A stretch of 64,000 nt of DNA from Mobula hypostoma (GCF_963921235.1 NC_086118.1:21702001-21766000), one strand, 5' to 3'. Shown: positions 35,632 through 50,238, numbered from the stretch's first letter. Program-made: numbers and translations. The notes: generated by a model not told the origin, from the sequence alone.

Positions 35632-36180
35632 CAATGGCACAGCTAAGGAAGTTGCTGCCTCACAGCTTGGGAGATCTGGTTCAAGCTTAGTTAATAGTGT
35701 TCTCTGTGGAGTTTTCTTGCTCACTCTGTCTGCCTTGCTTCAAGGCCTAAAGACATTTAGGTCAGTAGATGTGTAGGTGTGTAGGTGAGTGCCAGTATTT
35801 GTCGGGTGGGTGGGAGAGAATTGAAGGGAATGAGGGGAGAATAATATGGAATTAGTGTAAATGAGTGCTTGATGGTTGGTGTGGACTCAGTTAAAAGGCC
35901 TGTTTTTAAGTTATATAACTCCTTGAATCTAAACATTGCTGAACAAGTATTTATTTACTTTACTTATATATACAGCATGGAACAGGCTCTTCCAGTGCTT
36001 TGAGTCGAGCTGCCCAGCAACCCACCGATTTAACCCTAGCCTAATCACAGGACAATTTACAATGACCAATTAACCTACTAACCCTTAAGTCTTTGGACTG
36101 TTGGAGGAAGCTGGAGCACCTGGAGGAAACCCACGTAAACAAGAGAAGAAACATCAAAACCTACTTGCAGAGGATGCTGG
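35632..36180. mobile_element. Two V-SINE-like copies, tail to tail (+ 35632-35930; - 35950-36180)
   Basis: Share head and core sequence with the other SINE copies in the window. Confidence 0.65.
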
Positions 36181-36625
36181 AATATGATATCTAGGGTATT
36201 GTAATGCCAGAGACAGCAATAGTTCAAAGTAGATTTTATTATCAGAGAACATATATGTCCCTACATACCAAAGTTCAAAAGTTCGAAGTACATTTATTAT
36301 CAGAGTATGTATAAATTATACAACCACGAGATCGTCTCCTAACAGGCAGCCACAAAATAACAAATGCGAAAGAGCCCATTTAAAAAAAAGACCAACACCC
36401 ACTGCGCAGAGAGAGAGAAAAAGAAACACAAATCATGCAAAGCATAAAAGCAAGCAGCAGCATTTGGAATGGAAGGGAGTCCATAGACCCGAAGCCTGGA
36501 GCAGGACCATAGCCTAGCCTCTGTCCCTCACACAGCAGAGAAAATCGTCACGAAGGTGGCAGCCCACAGAACCTCAGCCTCAGTGCTGCGGAGAGCAGAG
36601 TAACCATCATGGAGCAGCCGTCAGG

Positions 36626-36661
36626 AGTCCTGACGAAGGGTCTCGGCCTGAAACGTCGACT
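36626..36661 (+). ncRNA. Minimal hammerhead motif in a short Penelope-derived unit (~36619-36712)
   Basis: AGTC-CTGACGA-A-GGGTCTCGGCCT-GAAA-CGTC-GACT, with a canonical GUC site. Confidence 0.8.
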
Positions 36662-38650
36662 GCACCTCTTCCTCGAGATGCTGCCTGGCCTGCTGTGTTC
36701 ACCAGCAACTGTGTTCCTTGTTCGCTCAATGTCACTTTTCTGTTTTCGGGTTTGCCAAATGCAAACTACTGTCTGCATTATGATGGTGATTAAAAGTCCT
36801 TTAGCTGTAACACTCTTCAAACTGTTCTGCAAGAGAAAGGAAGGTGCTATATAAATGCATTTTTTTTTGGTGAGTAAGGAGACCTCGTACACACACTGGC
36901 GTCAAACAGTTGGTTGTATTTAATGAAGGCTATTAATCCTGATGACCAGAGATTCTATCTATTCATGAGTTGGAGTCTCATGAATAAACTCAAATTAGGA
37001 TCAATCGAGATGCAGATGTCATTTTCTGAATTATCCACTTGACCAATAACACTTCCTCCCACCGCCTGCCTGAGGCAGCCACTTCTAATCTTATTTAAAG
37101 AGACCCCCAACAGTGAAACCTTAGAGAGATTTTGGAGATACAGTAATTCCTTGCATTAGCTTGTGAGTTTTTGATCTTTGAGGGGTGTGTATTGCTGCCG
37201 TATAGTCCTGATTTGTTAGGATATCCTATCACTGGCTTTTTCTTACTGTGTGTTCTTTCAGGAGAAGCTGGAGTAAAGTTCCTAAATGGGGTGGGGGATA
37301 GATGAGTGGGGAAGTGGTGTTCAGAGAAATCCAATCCCTCCCAATAAAGATTGAAGGTCAGCACTTGAGTGCTAGAGGTGTATATAGGCCTTTCTAGCTT
37401 TTCAAACAAGAGAAAATCTGCAGATGCTGGCAATCCTCCAGCATTTTGTGTGCGTCTTGCTTTACAAAGGTCTGATTTACAGGCATCCATGCTTATGAGC
37501 AAGCTGATTAAATAATTTTAGGGACAGGGCTGATGACCTTCAGTCATCCGGCTACAATTGTGGTGGAAGAACAAGTGGGGTGGAGATGGGGGGAGGGGGA
37601 GGGTGGAGTGGATGGAGCGTTAAATTAATTAACCAAAGCAGACGAAATGGGATTGAGACCAGAAAACAAGAGACGCAGGGAATTGCTAACAGAAAGAAAA
37701 TGCACATGAAGTGTGTTCTTTGAACAGACATTGATTTAATCTAAATGGGGTTATTTTGAAGTACTGTGCTATTTGGAAAATCCAGGCTCTTTTATGCATT
37801 GGGGATTTGGTTCTGATCAAGATGCAATGTCATTTCGAATCTAATGAAGTTTTCATGATGCTGCCTTTGGATTCATGTATTTATATATTCTTTCAATTTA
37901 AGGCCAGGGTTTATTGTTTATCCCTAACTGATCTTGAAGAGGAGGCAAAGAACTGCTTTCCTGAACAACAGCATTTCTTCTGGTGAAGGTACATCGGTGA
38001 GAGTTTCAGAAGTTAGACCTAACCCTGAGGAATGGCCAGCAATAAATTTCTAAGGTAACACTGCCTTTGACCTGGTGGTGGCGCTATCCCCATGCATCGG
38101 ATTTGTGTGCGTTTATATCTGCATATCACTTATAGCCCTTCTCAGTCAACCACAACTCCACAAACCATTGGCACCTCGTATTTGGCCCTCTCCTGATCGC
38201 ACGTCTATGCTGGACCTTCCTGTTTCTCAGGGCCTTCCTGAGGAGTCCAAGCAGTAAAGTGGTGATCCAAGATTGCATTCGTCTTCGCTGGTGGGATGGC
38301 TGGGATGTTTGCCATCTGTCTGTGCCCCTCAGAACCATACAAAGAAGACCTTGTGCCCATCATTGATTTCTTGCTCCTACCTTCCCATCATCTGGAAACG
38401 AATACACAAGTTCTCCATTGACATTGAACTGAACAGGAAAACAATAATTTTATTAAATAGGACCTAGTTCACATTCAGCTGACCAGATTTTCTGGACTAC
38501 TTGCCTACTCCTTGTCATAGCAACTATTGTGTTAGCCTTACAGTTTCTTTGCTTAGCAAGAGATAAAGAAAGTAAAACTGTTCAGTGCAACACACTCAAA
38601 ACACTGGAGGAACTCAGCAGGTCAGGCAGCATCTACGGAAATGAATAAAC

Positions 38651-38686
38651 AGTCGACGTTTCAGGCCAAGACCCTTCTTCAGGACT
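38651..38686 (-). ncRNA. Minimal hammerhead motif in a short Penelope-derived unit (38588-38689)
   Basis: Minus strand AGTC-CTGAAGA-A-GGGTCTTGGCCT-GAAA-CGTC-GACT; the unit is flanked by TTCAGTG at 38581-38587 and 38690-38696. Confidence 0.8.
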
Positions 38687-39754
38687 CACTTCAGTGATTT
38701 CCTTTCTAGAGGTATTTGAAGAGCTGGTGTTAAATAACTTCTTGTTTCAGTAATGATTATATTCATGATTAAGATCTCATAAAAGAACAATGAACTCCTT
38801 ATCTGCATTTGAAGACAAGCCTATACCAATATGGAGTGGAGGACTCTATGCTAAACTGAAACATACTGTACTGAGGAATAGAGCAGTGTATGTAAATTCC
38901 CAAGCGAGCACTGGCTTCTGCGTGTGTGTTAGAAGTTACAAATAAAATGAACTGGCAGCACTCATGGCTTCAACACTCAGTCCCACTCAAATGTTAATAA
39001 TGTCTGATGCCGCAGTTTAAAATATGCCCCAGCAATGTACATTGATTGAACTCTGTAAAGTATCTAATTAAAATATGCTGATACTGCTTTAAGAATTTTT
39101 GTGTCAGCACTACTTCGGTTGCAAATGCTGCTGGATTAGAGCAGCTCTCTTAAAGCCTCTTTCACCAGAGGAATTACAAGAATGCTTATCCTCAGCCCTT
39201 CTCAGAAGCAGAAATCCACAGAAGTTCATAAACAGTTTCTGGAAATTGTTACATAACACTAGTTTTCAGTGTTATGACACTAAAACATTGCCTTTTCCTG
39301 CATGGTAAAATGTAATTGAGAATTCTTTCAAATCACTGCGGAAATTTGACCAGGTACTTTTGGATGTGATTGACCCTTGAAGGCCTCTGTTGATGTGTGT
39401 GTCGGTGTACATGGGACATTGAAGGGGCTGTTCTTGGAAGATTGCAGAGGAACCTGGACCACATTGTCCTACGTTGAACATGGCTGAATAACCTGGTCTT
39501 CTCTGTGTTCCACCAGACAAGAAGTCCTGTCATATAAATAATTCTCTGACTGTCTCCAGGCCCACTCCTCCCCTGTGCTGCCAAGTTCCATTCCCACACC
39601 CCTCTTCCCTGGCCACACCGACCTCTCCCTTAACCCTAACACCTGGGCTGTCAAACGCCCATCTCCTTTGCATGCGGACATAAACTGGTCTGTGATTGTT
39701 GAGAGTTGGAGATGAACAGTACTGATCAGTTCTGCCTGAAACCTCAGAGTTCGG

Positions 39755-40365
39755 GTCATGGAATCAGAGAATACTACAGCACAGAAGCAGGCACTTTGGT
39801 CCACCCAGTCTGTGCTGACATGTTTTTTTCCTGCCTAGCTATGTCTAACTGTATCTGGACCATATCTCTCCAAAACCCCTCTAATCCATGTATCTATCTA
39901 AGCCTCTTTTAAATGTTGCAGTCAAACCAGCATCCACCATGCCTGCTGGCAGCTCGTTCCACACTCCCACCACCCTCTAAATGAGGAACTTCTCCTTCAG
40001 GTTACCCTTAAATATTTCACCTTTCACCCTAAACTATGACCTCTAGTTCTGGTCTCACCTAACTTCAGGGGGAAAATGCAGTATCCTATCTGTGTGACTC
40101 ATGATTTTGTATACATCTATAAGATCTCTCTTCATTCTCCTGTGCTCCAAGGAGTAAAATACTATCCCAAGTCCTCATGAACGGTCTTGGCCCAAACGTT
40201 GACTGTTTATTTCTCTCTGTAGATGCTACCTGTCCTGCTGAGTTCCTCCAGCATTTTGTGAACCTGTTCATCCTTTCCCTATAACTCGGGTCCTCAAATC
40301 TCAGCAAAATACTTGTTAGTTTTCACTGCACTCCTTCAAGCTTATTGATATACTTCCTGTGGGCA
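39755..40365 (-). mobile_element. CR1 3' fragment containing a + strand short Penelope unit (~40170-40260, degraded hammerhead)
   Basis: Typical CR1 3' sequence; the insert reads AGTCCTCATGAACGGTCTTGGCCCAAACGTTGACT...GAGTTCCTCCAGCATTTTGTG. Confidence 0.8.
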
Positions 40366-42610
40366 AAGTACATATAACTGAAGTTTTTGGCAGAGAGCTA
40401 TCTCTGGTGTTCCACTACTGTTCTCATTTAGCACACCCATGAGTCATAAAACACAGAATCAGGCCCTTCTGCCCACAATTGCCATGCCAACCAGTGTACT
40501 GATCTATACTAGTGCTATTTACCTGCATTAGTTCCATAACCGTCTATGTCTTGGAGGTTCAAGCGATTTTCCAGGAGCTCCTTAAATGGTGTGAGAATAA
40601 TTTATCTCTATCTCCACCTCAGGCATTTAGGATACGCCAAGACTTATGAGCAAATATTTATATTCTCTACTCCAGAAAGGGAGCCCTACCTGCTTGAAAT
40701 CCAGGTTCCAACTTCATGGTCCTAATTATATTTAGCAATATCCGACAGACTGTTTTCTATTTCCATCCTTCTGCATCTACCTCTCAACTATTCTTATCTT
40801 GTGAATGAAGCAGCCCACTAATAGCCTGCATTACGTGTCTATATTAAGCTTCAACGAACAGTTCCTTCGGCTACCATGTACGTTAATTGCATTTTTTTGC
40901 TACGCAGTTTACTTTTGACAAAAAATCTGATTGTTTTCGTTCAAATGTGTCTCAGAAACATTGGAAGCATTTCAAATAAACTAACGTACATTCTGCAGTC
41001 ATTGTTGTGTATGGGGAAACACAATCGCAAATTCAAACAAATGTCAGCGAGGTCAATGACCAATTAAGTTGCTTTTTGTTGCGGGAGGAATGTTGGCTAA
41101 GGCATTGATGAACTCCCTGCAGTTCCTCAGACAGGCTGTGGATCCTCCTCAACGGCAAGCAGCAGTTCATTGTCATGTGGCACTTCTGACAAAATGGCAT
41201 CCTTTCAGAATGGACTGAAATACCAGCCCAGGTTTCATCCTGAAAAGCCAAATGAGTTGTTTACCATCCACATCACGTCGACTCAGAGGCAAAACGGCTT
41301 TCATGAGGAAAAAACTGACAGCATTAATCAATAGACATTGTCGGAGATTAGCTTTAAATCAAAAATTTTAAGAAAGCTACAACAGGAACTTGGAAATTTG
41401 AGACTCTTTTTTCAACCAGCTGCGAGGCAGAAGGGTCTGGGCCATATATGGCCTGAAGCCAGAAACTTAGTTTGCTTTATTAAAGTTACACTCTTTCATT
41501 TCCTTGACTCTTTCCAAACAAGCAACCAAAAAAAAAATCTTTGGCAAAGTCTAATCAGTGATGTGACCCATAAACTTGGCATAAAATAAGAACGTAACGA
41601 GGAAAGGGAGAATACATCTTTTTCAATCTGTGGGCAATCTCTCTGGTTTCCAAAGAATAAACATAGTTCATGCAGCTGTGTGGGGAGCTTATAAATGGAG
41701 ATTCTATCACTTTCTGTTGCCTTGTTTCTTGATATTCCTCAGCTTGCCAACATTGTTTCTGTCTCGAATGGCAATATCAAGGTCTGTGACTAATGGGCCC
41801 AGCTGGACTTGAGCTATTGTGTTCACTAATAACCCTTGTTTTGGAAATTTCTGCAACTGTTTATATGATTATGAGTGTCCTGCTGGCATATTTAATGAAA
41901 AAGCTTTTTTCCTTCCCCTCTTCTGTTGAATGGGGAATTTATGAGCATCATTTACCTATTGGTGAATTATGTCAGGAACTGCAGGCAGCATGCGACTGTG
42001 TGCCTTCGTCACCTTCCAATCACCTATCACCTATAGCTTCATTTGTATTATAGTCAATTGAGAAATAAAAGGGGTGCACAATGGTTGCTACGATTAATAC
42101 AGAGCAGAAAATACTCTCTGAAGTAAGATATTGAAAGCCAACTTTGGATCTTTAGTATTTAGAATTTAAATATTGGGTCTTTTCAAGAAGCCCGCCAGAG
42201 TTTAACAGGGGAGGAAAGCAAATGATTCTGAGGTTTTTCATTGAATTTCTTCTTGCCTCCTCTTATCCTGTGCTCTTCTTCTCCCTCAACTCTCCTGTGC
42301 ATCTTCGACGCTCAACCAATGATGGCAATTCCTTTGGCTCCGTAGCCCCAAGTTCTGGATTTTCTTCTCTCTGCCTCCTTAAACTGAAATGCTAACATGT
42401 TCTTTCTTAACTTCTTTCTAATTATTACATTTTCAGAGCACAGGTGTTGCTAGCACGATTTGTTGCCCATCCTTAATTGCCCTTGAGAAGTTTGTAGTGA
42501 GCTGTCCTCTCTGAACTACTGGTGTCCTTCAGGTGAAAATATTCCAGCAGTGCATTTGGGGAAATAGTTCCATGATTTAGACCTGGCAATAAAGAAAGAG
42601 CAGCAACATA

Positions 42611-43025
42611 CAATCAGTGGCCACTTTATTAGGTACCCCTTAGGTACTAGATTGTTAATGCAATATCTAATCAGCCAGTCATGTGGCAGCAACTCAATGC
42701 ATATGAGTATGCAGACATGGTCAGTTGTTGTTCAGACCAAACATCAGAATTGGGGAGGAATTCTGATCTGTGACTTTGACTGTGGAATGATTGTTGATGC
42801 CAGGTTGGGTCTTTTGAATATCTTAGAAAGTACTAATCTCCTGGGTATCACAGTCTGTAGAGTTTATAGAGAATGGTGTGAAAAACAAAAAAAAACATCC
42901 AGTGAGTGGTAGTTCTCTGGGTACTCCTGGTACTCCTTTTTAGTGTGAGAGGTCAAAGAGGTATGGCCAGATTGGTTAAAGCTGACAGGAAGGTGACAGC
43001 TACCTAATAAAGTGGCCACTGAGTG
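42611..43025 (+). mobile_element. Non-autonomous Tc1 element (same family as 9997-10547)
   Basis: TA on both sides; TIRs CAATCAGTGGCCACTTTATTAGGTA and TACCTAATAAAGTGGCCACTGAGTG; transposase remnant CDFDCGMIVDAR..VCRVYREWCEKQKKTSSE. Confidence 0.92.
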
Positions 43026-43029
43026 TATT

Positions 43030-43200
43030 GAGTGAGAATGTGGGAATGCATCACTCTGAGCTACTGCATTGGCTTTCTGTATCTTTTAGAATGGATTTGA
43101 AAGTTCTCTTACTCGTTTTCAAAGCTCTTAAAGGTCTGGGACCAGAGTACCTCACAGAATTGTTTTCATTTTACAGTATAATCCTGCCTGAGCTCTCAGG
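43030..43200 (+). mobile_element. L2 LINE C-terminal fragment
   Basis: LHWLSVSFRMDLKVLLLVFKALKGLGPEYLTEL, typical of the L2 ORF2 end. Confidence 0.75.
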
Positions 43201-43204
43201 CTCA

Positions 43205-45290
43205 CAAGAGAAGATTGAAGCAGTGCTACAGGCATTCAGACTGGAGAATGTGTCACAACTCAGGTTATACTTGGACCTTGTAAACTACTACTACTGGTGT
43301 CTTCCAAACACTGCTACAGTGTAGCATCCATTGAATGCACTGCTACAGGCAGGAGCAAAGTGGGAATGGTCAGAAGGTTGTGAAAAAGCATTCAAGGAAA
43401 CTAAGATATTAATAACATTCGATGAACTGCTCACCCATCACACACATCCTTGCCCATCAGGAGTGTGATGTGTCCCCTACAGCATTGGAGCTGTTTTGTC
43501 ACATGTTATGAAAGATGGATCTGAACACCTGATTGCTTTTGCATCAAGATCGCTGATGAGCGCAAAACACAGCGATAGACAAATCGACTGAGAGGCCCTA
43601 GGTCTAGTAAGGGGATCAAAGAATTTTCACCACTACCTCTATGGGCAAAGATTTGCACTAGTGACAGATCACCAGCTCCATGTGTCCATTTTCAATCCCA
43701 AAAAGGGAATTCTAGTGATGACTGCTACCTGGTAAAAATATCAGGCACTATTCCTCGGAGCCCTGTGTCTTATGACATAGAGTTCAAAGTACCAAGCAAC
43801 ACAACACTGATAGCTTCTCACGCCTTCCATTATTGGTAACTGAATAAGAAAAGTCTTCATACTATGACCCAGCAGAAGTGTTCCACACTGCATCGGTGGA
43901 CCAGTTGCTGGTAATAAATTCCAAAACAAGGAATGACTCGACATTGTCAGAAGTCTATGAAATTACCACTTAAGGATGGCCAGCTCATGGTGACCCTACG
44001 TTTCCAGAGTTCTCAACGAGATGAGAATCAACTGTCAATATGTCAAAGAACACTGATGTGTGGATCTCGTGTTGTGGTTCCCTTTAAACTGCACACCAGA
44101 GTGTTAGAAAATCTTTATGAAGACACCTGGGTGCAGTGAAGATGAAGAGCCTCACCTGGAGCTACGTGTGGTGGCCAGTAAGAGATACACAGATTGAAGA
44201 CTTGGCCAAAAGCTGTTCCGGATGCCAAAAAGTTCAAAATGCACAGCCACAGGCACCATTACACCCGTGGGAGTGGTCGTCATCACCGTGGCAAAGAGTA
44301 CATATTGACCTTGCTGGGCCAATCGTGGACTCCATGATGGCTGTGACTGCTCATTCGAAGTGGCTGGAGGTTATACCGGTGAAGTCAACCGCCTCAGCAA
44401 GGACTGTCTCCACTCTGAGGACTATCTTACCAGACAAATTGTGAGTGACAATGGACCACAGTACACATCAGAAGAATTCTGATTGTTCATGGAGAAAAGT
44501 GGCATCAGACATTTCACCACCCAGCAACGAATGGGTTAGCAGAAAGGTTTATCCAAACCTTCAGGAAGCCCATTAAAGTGATGGACAAGGAGGACATGGC
44601 TCTACAACACAAGGTGGACAACTTTCTTTTTGTGTAGTGGAACTCTGTTCATGTGATGACAAATCAAACACCTGTAATGCTGTTCATGAACAGGAATCTG
44701 AGATTTCGCATGGACCTCCTGAAACCAGATCTACAGAGGGAAGTGCAGAATAAACAGTCCAGCCAGTTGCCAAGAGAAGCAGCAAAGAGCTTCGAGATTG
44801 GACAGGAAGTCCCTGTATGAAGACAAGTGATACCCAGAAGGACTGCTACGAGAACTGGACCACTGATGTTCACAGTGGATGTTGGAGATCAGACATGGAG
44901 ATGTCATGTGGACCAGATACTGGATGCTCAACCAAAGAACACACCTCAGTTGATTGTATCCAACAAGACAGACACATTACAGTCACCAGGCTCACCTTTC
45001 AGTGATGATCATGTCACTGACAGCAACGTGACACCAGAAACTGAGAACGTTGTTTTAGAAAAGACACCTCCCAAACCTGATGCCACTCCACAGACCCAGA
45101 GGCACTCTCCTGAAAGAAACAGAGCACCACCCAAAAGACCGAACCTTTAGAACTGTGAAGTTAGTTATGGACTGGTATTGTGAAAGCACGTTTATTTGGA
45201 ATATGAGTTTATGAAAGGGAAATTGAATGTTTTGTACATATACAGTTCTATGTTGCATTAATCTAAAGGGGGAGGAAGTGTAATGTATGG
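43205..45290 (+). mobile_element. Gypsy fragment (RT end, RNase H, integrase, PPT, start of LTR)
   Basis: SQLRLYLDLVNYY; MKSLTWSYVWWP..CSGCQ..PLHPWEW..PWQRVHIDLAGP; PPT AAAGGGGGAGGAAG followed by TGTAAT at 45279. Confidence 0.88.
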
Positions 45291-48200
45291 ATCTATTTCT
45301 TTTCGAGCAATGCTAAAAAGTAAACAAAGTAAAGACTGCTACCATTGGGTTCATAATATTTAGTAGTGCACATTGTTTACTCGTGGTAGTTTTAAGTAAA
45401 GTATTTAGATATTTGTGTTGAGATTTATACTGCAAGCAGGGTATTTAACATAATGGGGATTCAGTAATTATGGTAATTGAGCAATTACAGAGAAGGATGC
45501 CAGACTAAATATTTAAGACCTATTTAATCAGGAGATTTACTGAAACTAATAGTGCCCAAAGTAAGTATGTCAGAGATGTTAGGAACAGCCCAGAATAAAA
45601 AGTTTAGTACTCTGGAAGACTTAAAAAAGACAGTAAATTTATATTTGCTTTATTTTGTAACTGTATATGGATATAAAAAGTTGTACAATTTCATATTGTC
45701 AGCATTATGTAATGTATGTAGGTAGCTTATGGTTTTCACAGGCCCATTACTGCTTTTAATTGTATGTAAATAAATGTATCTTAAAGAACCTGTGTACCTC
45801 ATGGTGTGACATGATACAGTACTGTACCAAACACTCTTGTTTCATTCTGAAATTGTTGTCCCCCAGAAAAACATGTTCTGTTGTTAGCTCCATGTAATCT
45901 GAGTAATGTCATTTCCAGCAGTGTCAAATACCACAAAGAAAAAATGGCGATTTGATTATAAAAGAAATTGCTTCTATTCAATCAAATTTACCTTTTTTTG
46001 GGGGCCTGGTTTGAATGAATGTGCTTAGGTAATATTTTATATTCCTGTTAAAGTTTTATTTTGGAGTTCTGGAAGGGTATTATCAAATATTTTACAAGGT
46101 GGTTAGTGCTTTAAAAAAGTGTTCTGAGGGTGTCTATACATGAAACAACAGACGTTCTGGCTGCAGGTTTGCCCGCTACCTGCTCGAATGGTAAAAATTG
46201 AGTGAACTGTAGGCCTTTTCTGAAATAAACGCTGTTAACTCACAAGGTAGATATCAGAGCATTGATCCAGAAATGGTCTAACTGAGCAGGTTGCTATTGA
46301 TTTAATAAAGCAAAAAAAGATGTGAGAAATTAGTTGCAGTGTGGAATTAATTACTACATTTAAGCCAACTACTTGTAGGGACATTGCAAATAGTTTCCAA
46401 TTCTTTGAAAAGTTGTAGTTGCAAGGATCTTACGCTGACCAGAGTTCATCCAAAATGTTAAAAAACAAAGAGAGAGTGCAGTGCCCTGTTGGTTAGCAAC
46501 CACGAATGCAGTAAACCTACTGAGTCAACTAACCCTTTGTTGTTTTGGAAGGTCCAATGTGTTGAAGAGGCCACCATTATAAATTGTTAATTCTGATGAA
46601 GTCTGACTGGGTTGAAAGGATTTAGTGAAATTATTGATTACAAGCCTTTCAAGTCTACCGTATATCTGCACTAATCTGGTTTAAGCCTGTAATGTCTCAA
46701 AAGCCTTTGATCAGACATAATCCAAATAAGTCTAGCCTATGTGGGCCAATATAGCCCTACTCTGGGGAGAATTCAGCTCAGTTCTGGTATGCATTGACGG
46801 GGAAATCATTGTGAATTCACAAACCAGACTCTTACGCCCAGAGATCTGATGGTTGCTGTTCTGTCAGATTCAATGATACGCTGTCTAACTAATGAACAGT
46901 AAAAGGGGAGAATTAAAAAGCCAGGCCTGTCAATCAGTGATGACGAAGTCTAAAATATGTGTTTGATCATTTTGTGCAGGTATCGCAAGCTTTTGTGTTG
47001 TGAGGAGAGCCTTCTGAAATGTCAGCTTCTTTAGCCCAAACATCATGCTCTTTTTGCACCAATCATAATCTGCCCATTAAGTCCTCAAGGGAAAACTTCC
47101 ATTCATCAAAAAGAAGATTTGGAGTGATTTCAGCATACACAATGCCAAATATATTATTCACTGGGAAATGAGGCAAATTGGAAAGATATAGAGTAACCAC
47201 AAAATCTCTTTGAAGCCTTTTTTGAAATGCCACCCATGCAGATAGAAGAAAATAAAATAGATGGGTTAGGGTAAAAAGTGCAAATTTGGCAAAATGCATC
47301 ACTTTATGACAGGTAACCTTTTGTTCCTTTAGCTTTGAGCTATTTCCTGCTATCTGGTTGTGGGTTTCCTTGAACAGTGTGCATTTCTTATGGAATTATT
47401 TTTTACGTATTTGCCAGAACACAGGTGCTGTCAAATTCCTCCTTTGTGCTCCCTTGCTTTAAAGAGAGAGTTGCTCTGTTATCTACACAGGCTAAATTTG
47501 AAAATATTTTGCACAGAATAGTTTATTAAATCATTTGTGCTTAAGAGCTTTTTGGACTATTAAAGTCATATTAGCCAAACAAGTGAGTTCAATTGTTGAA
47601 ATTTAGTGTGTTGACTTTTCTAGAGCAGAATGTTTGAAGTGTAAATAGAAATGCATTTCTAGGAATACATCTGTCAAAATTTTCAAAAGTATGGAGTTTC
47701 AGAGTGAGCTCCACGACTAACAATCCTTCTCAAATAAAATGTATTTTTAAAGCACGTCTCAAGCTTCATGAGAAGCAATTTTAAGTGGACTTGACCCAAA
47801 AGCAGAGCAGTGGAGATAATTTAGCAGTAAACAAGATTTTATTGATAAATTGCAAAATAACTCGCCACAAAGGGCCACAAAATGAGAGAGAACAGATACT
47901 TAACATGACAAGGCAACGAAGTACCTGAAGGCCAGGAGCAACTGGTTGAGGCTGGCTGGTTTGTTATGAGTGAACAAGGATTGTGGATAAGAGCTGCGTT
48001 TAAATAGGCTACAGGTGATGAGTTTGAAAGCAAGTGGTGGGTGACTCCTGTTGGCTGGGTGGAGACAGGGAGGACACTGAATGCACTGCATGTGCAGGCC
48101 TGACAGGAGGCTCCCCCGCCCCCAGAAGGTCCAGGATGATCCAGATGGGTCCGGTGGAACACCTCGTTGAGCGATGAATCCAAGGTGTAATTGGACGGTA

Positions 48201-50238
48201 CCAAAGGTTTCTCCCCTGGGCCAGACCAGGTAGTGCACACCTTATGTCTCAATCCCTCAATCAGCAAACTGTGTACACTGGACCACCTTTGACCATCTTT
48301 GATTCAGCTCAGGTGGGTTGAGAAGTCCAAGGATTACAGGCTTGAGACAGGACGTGTGGAAGTTGGGTGTGATCCTGAGGGATGCTGGCTGCTGGAGGTG
48401 GTAAGGGACTGTGCTGATGCAATGGGTAATCTCAAAGGGACCCACGAACTGGGGTGAGAGTTTGCAGGAGTCGATGAGTAGGGACAGATCTCAGGTGGAC
48501 AGCCGGACATGGTTGCCAGGCTGGAGTACTTTGGCTGAGCAGCAGAGGTGGCTAGCCTGGCCCCAGTGGGCCTGGTTGGCAGCTAGGATGGTCCTCCATG
48601 CCCACTTCCAAGCATTCCAGCATCGGTGATCCAGGACCCTGGCGGACAGGGCCACCACCAATGGCTCCTCCGCAGGGAAACCATGAAGCACTTCAAGGGG
48701 GGGGACATACCTGTGGCAGAGGAGGCGAAACGTTTGTAGGGCAGTTTAGCCCAAAGCAGAAACTTCTCCACTTGCTGACTGGCTCTCCCTGATTGACCTT
48801 TGGTCTGTGGATGATAGCCAGAGGACAAACTCACTGAGGTGCGGAACAGGGAGCAGAGTTTTGTCAGAAGCAGGAGATGAATTATGGGCCCTGGTCCGAC
48901 ACCATGTCCTGTGGGAAATGTGGTGATGAACGTCATGTTTCAGAACCAGGTTTGTCATCTCAGTGGCTGATGGAAGCTTGGGGAGGGCAATGAAGTGGGT
49001 CACCTTGAAGAACTGGTCCACCACTGTCATGATTATCATAGCCCCACTGGGAGGCGGCAAACCCGTGATGAAATCCATGACAGTGTGGAACCACAGGCAT
49101 TGAAGGACCAGGAAGGGCCTCAGGAGCCTGGAGCACCACTGTTTGGAGGAATCGGACTGCTCAGATTGAGGACGGGCAGTGATGAACTGACATAGGCCTG
49201 TAATCATGGTGGCCCACCAGAACCAGCACTGTTGAAATTCCATGAGCGGCCAGAGAGGGTGAGGAGTGGGTTCACTGAACTGCCTCAGAGTGCACGGCCG
49301 CAAGCGCATACACGTGATTGTCAGGTGTGTCGGCCAGTGCAGGCTCCTGCTGTAGGGTCTGGCGGATCTGTTTCTCAAGGTCCCAGATGATCGGGGTATG
49401 GATCTGTGAGGATGGAATGATGGGCTGAGAGTTAATCTGTTTCAACTGGGTCAGACTCTCATGGACAGGATATCTGCCTCAAGTGTACTTCGGGCTGAGC
49501 TGGTAGTAGATGAAGTTGAACTATGGATAAGAGATTGGTTTAAATAGATTGCAGGTGATGAGTTTGAGAGCAAGTGGTAAGGTCCAGTGAGACTGACCTG
49601 GGTTGAGTGACAGGTCTATTGTATGGATATGAGGTTCTGGTGGTCTGTCCAGATCAGGAAGGGCTCAATGTTTCCCATCAGCCAATATCTCCATTCCCTC
49701 AAGACGTAGTTAATATTAATTAACTCTCTGTCTCTTCCTCCATAACAACACTGTGTAGAATCTGGCATTCGAGGCTCTTCTCACAACAACACAAAAGCTT
49801 GTTCAAGGGTGTGTCTTCCTACCCAGTCCTCACCAGGAGAGGATGGCACTGGTACCCTCTCCCAGTGAGAGGATACCAGTGATTTGGGCTATGATGCTGG
49901 AATGAGAGGCTGTGGGAAGCTTACCAGATAGAAGGCCCTTCATCTTTACCAGGTGGTGTTGATTTTCCAGACACAGTGAGCATTTGATGTGTGGGTACTC
50001 CGTAGTAAGTGCACAAGATGTTTCTCCACTGATGCTCATTTTCCCGGGTGGTGGAGGGGGGAGGGTGGGGAGGGTGGGTATTGGTTAAGAGAGCTCTCCA
50101 TACCTACATGGGTTCTGGTCACGTTGATGATGCTCCTCCAGCCTGAAATGGTTCTGGGAACAGAGCTAAAGTTCTAGTTGATGATCTGGAGGGTCGTTAC
50201 ATAAAATGCTTAATGATTTGGAGGGCAGAATGATGAAG

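Noticed and set aside
46936..47018. Possible C/D-box snoRNA (GTGATGA ... CTGA about 80 nt apart)
   Set aside because: No terminal stem, no recognisable rRNA antisense element and no + strand host gene evident; compatible with chance.
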